This document shows, piece by piece, positions 61,241-64,000 of a DNA stretch of 64,000 bases. Within the stretch, counting starts at the first letter, position 1. The number at the start of each line of letters is the position of its first letter. Source of the DNA: an uncultured Alphaproteobacteria bacterium (lineage in GTDB: Bacteria; Pseudomonadota; Alphaproteobacteria; CAAHEQ01; UBA3637); assembly GCA_949286465.1 (NCBI GenBank), contig CASECI010000029.1, positions 6,105 through 70,104 on the forward strand. The letters are read 5' to 3'. The notes under the pieces are model-generated. The model did not search any database, had not been told where the DNA came from, and was given only the letters and a program-made list of their open reading frames with translations. The translations under genes were made by a program, and so were the position numbers.

Positions 61241-62650
61241 TTAAATTTGTTTTCTTTTTTTAGGAGATTTTCTTAATAAGAAAACAATAAGAAGAAGAAT
61301 GCTTACTCCGATTCCAATCCCCTGAGCCATATGAAGAGGGAGATTTAATCCAATTTTTTCGTAAGCAATATAAGTTGTGCAGACTGCGGTCATAAATAAA
61401 GCAGGAAGGAGTGTTAATATGTACAGACTATTTCTACGGCGTAAATAAAGAGTACAAATCCATAATGTAGAAGTTGCAAGAAGCTGATTAGCCCAACCGA
61501 AATAAGTCCAAATACTCATCAAGGGAATAAAACATAATCCAATTCCACCGGCTAAAACAAAAATACTTAAAACTAAACGATTGCGTATATCTTTTTGAGA
61601 CATGTGCAAAACATCTGCAAGACTTAAACGTGCAGACCGAAAAGCAGTATCTCCGGACGTAATGGATAAAATAACAACAGAAAGAACAGTTAAAAAACCG
61701 CCAAAGGAACCTAGAAAATCTTTTGCAATTGATGATACAACATAAATAGGTCCTCCTTTTTGAACCGCCTCATATAAAAGAGGTGAACCGTGATAGAAAG
61801 AAATACCCAGTGTTGCCCACATTAAAGCGATGACGCCTTCCGTAATCATGGCCCCATAAAAAACAGGACGTCCATATTTTTCATTTGTTAAGCATCTAGC
61901 CATCATAGGAGATTGTGTTGCGTGGAAACCACTTAAAGCGCCACAAGCAATCGTTACAAACATTAAAGGAAAAATAGGTAAATCAGCAGGATGTTGATTT
62001 GTAAGAGAAAGATTAGGATAAAAATCAACGCCTCTAAAAAAGAGCACAAATGTCAGACTAACTGTTACGCCAAGTAATAAAAGAGCAAAAAGAGGATAAA
62101 ATCTACCGATAATTTTATCTATTGGGAGTAGTGTTGCCAGAAAGTAATATAAAAAGATAATACAAATCCAAAAAAGGAAAGAAGGTGGCGTTTCATTTGC
62201 AAGCATTTGAGCAGGGCTCATTGCAAAAACAGCTCCGACAAGAATTAAAAAGAACACTAAGAAAATTAAAAAAAGAGCTTTAAATTGTTTTCCAAAAAAT
62301 TTTTCCATTAAGAAAGTGATCGACTGTCCTTTGTATCTTAAAGAGAGCATACCTGATAAATAATCATGAACGGCTCCAGCAAATATAGAGCCTAAAACAA
62401 TCCAAAATAAGCAGACTGGCCCATAAAGAGCTCCAAGAATAGCTCCGAAAACAGGTCCTAAACCGGCTATGTTTAAAAATTGAATTAAGAATATTTTATA
62501 TGTTGGGAGAGGAACATAATCTACACCATCTGTATAAAGAAGAGCCGGCGTTTTCTTCCTCGGGTTTATTTTAAATATTTTTTCAATAAAAGCGCCATAA
62601 AAGATATAGCCCATAATTAATGCTAAACACGATAATAGAAATATTCCCAT
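61241..62650 (-). CDS. cstA: carbon starvation protein CstA (peptide/pyruvate transporter family)
   Basis: 'FGAILGALYGPVCLFWIVLGSIFAGAVHDYLSGMLSLR', 'GALSGFHATQSPMMARC' and many TM helices. The internal ATG at 62650 is preceded by AAGGAG. Confidence 0.85.
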   Translation of the reverse strand: MGIFLLSCLALIMGYIFYGAFIEKIFKINPRKKTPALLYTDGVDYVPLPTYKIFLIQFLNIAGLGPVFGAILGALYGPVCLFWIVLGSIFAGAVHDYLSGMLSLRYKGQSITFLMEKFFGKQFKALFLIFLVFFLILVGAVFAMSPAQMLANETPPSFLFWICIIFLYYFLATLLPIDKIIGRFYPLFALLLLGVTVSLTFVLFFRGVDFYPNLSLTNQHPADLPIFPLMFVTIACGALSGFHATQSPMMARCLTNEKYGRPVFYGAMITEGVIALMWATLGISFYHGSPLLYEAVQKGGPIYVVSSIAKDFLGSFGGFLTVLSVVILSITSGDTAFRSARLSLADVLHMSQKDIRNRLVLSIFVLAGGIGLCFIPLMSIWTYFGWANQLLATSTLWICTLYLRRRNSLYILTLLPALFMTAVCTTYIAYEKIGLNLPLHMAQGIGIGVSILLLIVFLLRKSPKKRKQI

Positions 62651-62773
62651 TTTTTTCTCCTTATTGGGTTTAGCTATATACCTGTTTATGAGAAATATCA
62701 AGAAAAAGAATATTGACAAATTTATTGACAAATACATTGGCGGAGATTATAATAAAATACGAAAGAGGGAAAA

Positions 62774-63616
62774 ATGTCATCTATGCCATTTCATGAAGTG
62801 CCGGGAATAACCTTTGCCTATACAAAAGAAGCTCCGTTATTTCATCAAACAGTACAACACATTTATTTTTTTGCAGGTAATGATAAAGGGAAAAAAGATT
62901 TGCCAGATTATATTCGTCGTTATGGCAACTCTGCTCTTGAACATGCGGATATTGTTGTGGCTCTAGGCGGAGATGGTACGATGTTAGATGCTATGAAAAT
63001 GGCTTATCCTTTTGATAAGCCGGTTTATGGCATTGATAGAGGGGGAGAGGGGTACTTACTTAATAGTGAGCCGACAGATTTGATTTCGGAAATCTATCAT
63101 GCAGCTGTTGTACTTTTTCCTGCTATTGAATGCAGCGGGATAAATGAAAAGAAAAAAACTTTTAGGCACATATGTTTAAATGATGTTGCAACTCGATGTG
63201 AGACATCTCAAACCGCACATCTTCGGCTTATGTTAAATGATGTTGTTTATCGAGATGAAGTATGGTGTAATAGCGTTATTGTTGCTACACCGCAAGGAAG
63301 TACTGGATATTGTCGTTGGGCTGATGGCATCGTTATACCGGTTGGGTGTCATCAATGGTCAATAGCTGGCGTTGCTCAAATTAAAACGAAAGCAGCTAAT
63401 ATTAATGCAACAGTACATGAAAACACACGCATTCAAATAGAAGTTCTAGATAGTGAAAAACGTCCTCAAGCTCTTGATTGTGATAATGTGACAGAACCTC
63501 ATTTTAAGCAATGTCAGATCCAAAAAGCGCCTAAAGTTGTTCGAGTTTTATACAATCACGCACATAATGTCGTAAAGAATGCAATTTTTGCTCAACAAAT
63601 ATTAAGTCGTTCATAG
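62774..63616 (+). CDS. nadK: NAD kinase-like protein
   Basis: 'ADIVVALGGDGTMLDAM' and 'VIVATPQGSTGY'. Confidence 0.8.
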   Translation: MSSMPFHEVPGITFAYTKEAPLFHQTVQHIYFFAGNDKGKKDLPDYIRRYGNSALEHADIVVALGGDGTMLDAMKMAYPFDKPVYGIDRGGEGYLLNSEPTDLISEIYHAAVVLFPAIECSGINEKKKTFRHICLNDVATRCETSQTAHLRLMLNDVVYRDEVWCNSVIVATPQGSTGYCRWADGIVIPVGCHQWSIAGVAQIKTKAANINATVHENTRIQIEVLDSEKRPQALDCDNVTEPHFKQCQIQKAPKVVRVLYNHAHNVVKNAIFAQQILSRS

Positions 63617-63665
63617 ACTTGATTTTGTAAGAAGCTATGCTAAAGTAGCTTTCAAGGAGTTTTTT

Positions 63666-64000
63666 ATGGAAAAATATATGAAAAAATATCACATTAAAAG
63701 TTATGAATGTGATTCTTCTTTTCACTTAAGAATAATGAGTTTATTCAATTTTTTTCAAGATATTGCTGATATGCATGCTGAAGAAATGGGTGTAGGATAT
63801 ACTTTTTGTGAACAACAAAAAATAGGTTGGGTTGGCGCTAATTATCATATTCAGATTCATCGACTGCCAGAATGGAAAGAAAATATTACGTTGTTAACTT
63901 GGCCCTCTGGAACAACGCCTGTTTCAGGTATTCGAGACTTTCAAATGATAGATGAAAAGGGAAAAGTTATCATTAATGCCTCTAGTCAGTGGGTTTTAGT
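63666..64000 (+). CDS. acyl-ACP thioesterase (FatA/B-like), 3'-truncated by window edge; absent from ORF track
   Basis: ATG after AAGGAG. My own translation is 'MEKYMKKYHIKSYECDSSFHLRIMSLFNFFQDIADMHAEEMGVGYTFCEQQKIGWVGANYHIQIHRLPEWKENITLLTWPSGTTPVSGIRDFQMIDEKGKVIINASSQWVL'. It fits the Acyl-ACP_TE hot-dog N-domain pattern (W-V, TW, RDF, S.W). Confidence 0.8.
   Translation, partial: MEKYMKKYHIKSYECDSSFHLRIMSLFNFFQDIADMHAEEMGVGYTFCEQQKIGWVGANYHIQIHRLPEWKENITLLTWPSGTTPVSGIRDFQMIDEKGKVIINASSQWVL

Overview
This is an AT-rich, gene-dense chromosomal segment from an alphaproteobacterium. The assignment rests on a GcrA cell-cycle regulator, an alpha-type GAAC-N7-GAAC LexA operator upstream of lexA, a radA-cvpA pair, a dusB/trkA/hfq/hflX neighbourhood and an Rsm22-like methyltransferase. 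The lineage is probably host-associated or intracellular, because ankyrin-, Sel1- and TPR-repeat proteins are frequent and there are signs of gene loss. I call 64 protein-coding genes (two cut by the window edges), 3 tRNAs (Thr-UGU, Asp-GUC, Lys-UUU) with sigma70-like promoters and hairpin terminators, and one LexA operator. I recognised no rRNA, CRISPR array, transposase, integrase or reverse transcriptase. Core genes include pckG, uvrC, pgsA, a family-4 UDG, nth, gcrA, polA, parE, radA, cvpA, mlaEF, lexA, ptsP, glk, fabI, trmFO, dusB, trkA, hfq and hflX. The candidates most worth follow-up are: (1) an orphan 292-aa protein at 49581-50459 (-) whose N-terminus closely parallels the His/Tyr core of eukaryotic PARP catalytic domains, followed by a GC-richer patch carrying a basic 99-codon ORF; (2) a tightly coupled five-gene envelope operon at 12590-18314 (DUF2207-like, SPFH, NfeD, DUF4139-like, orphan secreted protein); (3) a block after tRNA-Lys (56.9-64 kb) with non-alphaproteobacterial-looking genes and a 610-bp non-coding gap holding an 81-nt imperfect hairpin and a G13 tract; (4) an orphan VirB8-like protein near tRNA-Thr; (5) a flavodoxin/ferredoxin, CxxC-membrane and helical protein trio; (6) a C-terminally truncated GlmU; (7) three c-di-GMP-type proteins, one fully degenerate. 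All homology statements come from motif recognition by eye and from memory of protein families. No searches or computations were possible, so functional calls for uncharacterised proteins are hypotheses.
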